The translations under genes were made by a program, and so were the position numbers. From positions 1 to 64,000 of IMG/VR virus record IMGVR_UViG_3300020469_000001: a stretch of DNA of 64,000 nt. One strand, written 5' to 3'. Origin of the DNA: a virus. Numbering within the stretch: the stretch's first letter is position 1; each line of letters starts with the position of its first letter. Below, piece after piece: positions 63,002 to 64,000 of the stretch. Under the pieces are notes generated by a model. It did no database searches, was not told where the DNA came from, and saw only the letters and a list, made by a program, of their open reading frames with translations.

Positions 63002-63148
63002 ATGAATGAAAATGACATAAGCTATATAATCTTTTTAATCATGAGCATTGGAATGGCATACATGATTGGGAAGCAAATCGGAATACGAGGGACGATAGAC
63101 TATTTAGAAGAAGAAGGATTACTTACTTTCGATGACTCTGAAAAATAG
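63002..63148 (+). CDS. Small membrane protein (48 aa, leaderless, not in ORF track)
   Basis: TTGACT-N17-TATAAT-N6-ATG; TM segment then G...TIDYLEEEG. Confidence 0.65.
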   Translation: MNENDISYIIFLIMSIGMAYMIGKQIGIRGTIDYLEEEGLLTFDDSEK

Positions 63149-63151
63149 TTC

Positions 63152-63180
63152 TTGACACCGAGTTAAAAATTTGATATAAT
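63152..63180 (+). promoter_or_regulatory. Sigma70 promoter for hsp20
   Basis: AAAAATAGTTC-TTGACA-N17-TATAAT. Confidence 0.85.
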
Positions 63181-63272
63181 TATTTTGTAAGTGATAGGTT
63201 TCACTTGCGTATTGGTGCATCTACCGAAAGGAGATGTGAATGTTTACTGAAAAGGAATTATGGAGATAAAAA

Positions 63273-63653
63273 ATGAGTATAGATTTAAGTAAATTTTGGC
63301 TTGGATTGGATATGCCTACGCTTCCCACATATACGGAAACGAGCTATCCTAGATATAACTTAATAGCAGGGGACAACGATTATCGAATAGAAATCGCAGT
63401 GCCTGGTTGGAAGAAAGAAGAATTGGAGATTGTCTTTGATAACAAAGAACTTCAAATCAAGGGTAAAAAGGAACACAAACTAGGTGATGATGAGCAGTTC
63501 GTTCATCAAGGTCTTAGTCTAAAATCTTTTGAGAGGAGATTTATTCTAAACGCCGACCTATTGGTAGATAAGGTAAGTCTACAAGACGGGTTACTGACAA
63601 TCAACTTATCACGAACTCCAGATTCTAAGAGGAAAGTCTTGGAGATAAATTGA
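63273..63653 (+). CDS. Small heat-shock protein Hsp20 (IbpA-like)
   Basis: YPRYN...YRIEIAVPG...HQGLS.KSFERRF.L...LQDGLL. Confidence 0.92.
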   Translation: MSIDLSKFWLGLDMPTLPTYTETSYPRYNLIAGDNDYRIEIAVPGWKKEELEIVFDNKELQIKGKKEHKLGDDEQFVHQGLSLKSFERRFILNADLLVDKVSLQDGLLTINLSRTPDSKRKVLEIN

Positions 63654-63654
63654 A

Positions 63655-63786
63655 ATGAAAGCAATCGCTTTAAAAGTTCGTGATACAATATGTGAGAATG
63701 GGGAGTTCTGTGAAGCTGTAAGCCAAATCTGTTTAATGAGTTTTGGTGCCAGTATCATAGGTTTAAACTTATCCTATCTTATATAG
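63655..63786 (+). CDS. Small hydrophobic protein (43 aa, not in ORF track)
   Basis: GGAG upstream; lies between hsp20 and the lysozyme gene. Confidence 0.4.
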   Translation: MKAIALKVRDTICENGEFCEAVSQICLMSFGASIIGLNLSYLI

Positions 63787-63856
63787 ACTGTCAACGATTA
63801 AGGGAGTGGCATGAGTGTACATAGTACGATTGTTACTCCCTTGCTTAGGAGAAAGC

Positions 63857-64000
63857 ATGAAAATATCACAAAATGGATTAGAACTAATAAAACACTTTGA
63901 AGGGTGTGAACTAGAAGCATATAAATGTGCTGCTGGCGTATGGACTATAGGATATGGTCATATTAAAACAGCAGTAGAAGGTATGACTATAAGTCAGTCG
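63857..64000 (+). CDS. GH24 lysozyme/endolysin, 5' fragment
   Basis: MKISQNGLELIKHFEGC.LEAYKC.AGVWTIGYGH; AGGAG RBS. Confidence 0.92.
   Translation, partial: MKISQNGLELIKHFEGCELEAYKCAAGVWTIGYGHIKTAVEGMTISQS

Overview
AT-rich dsDNA phage genome segment, most likely a marine T5-like (Demerecviridae-type) siphophage; host and habitat are inferred. Layout from left to right: (1) the end of nrdB and a cluster of four glycosyltransferase-like genes; (2) a long minus-strand morphogenesis block with fibre proteins, a lambda-type tail tip (M/L/K/I/J), tape measure, frameshifting tail chaperones, T5-like tail tube and completion proteins, a fused protease-major capsid gene, portal, HNH and TerL; (3) about 11 kb of accessory genes, including small basic proteins, a CsgF/CsgG/curlin/FecR/CHASE2-cyclase cassette and IscU/IscA; (4) TerS; (5) a probable pre-early/terminal-repeat region with branched palindromes, repeats, DnaA boxes and several promoter-driven non-coding RNAs; (6) early genes (A2/D3-like proteins, MazG, bS21, Hsp20, lysozyme). 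The standout observation is the 1483-aa Thr-rich protein at 3533-7984, which is a self-complementary 'protein palindrome'. In every segment I checked by hand, aromatic residues in one arm face Arg/Lys/Gln/Asn in the other at a constant register (i+j=1498, axis Gly749), spanning roughly residues 74-1424. This implies a giant antiparallel beta-hairpin filament, encoded next to glycosyltransferases. Other highlights are a ~900-nt structured ncRNA candidate, a GGA-rich CsrB-like sRNA candidate, an anticodon-less tRNA mimic and five leaderless genes. All product calls come from motif recognition only; no searches were run.
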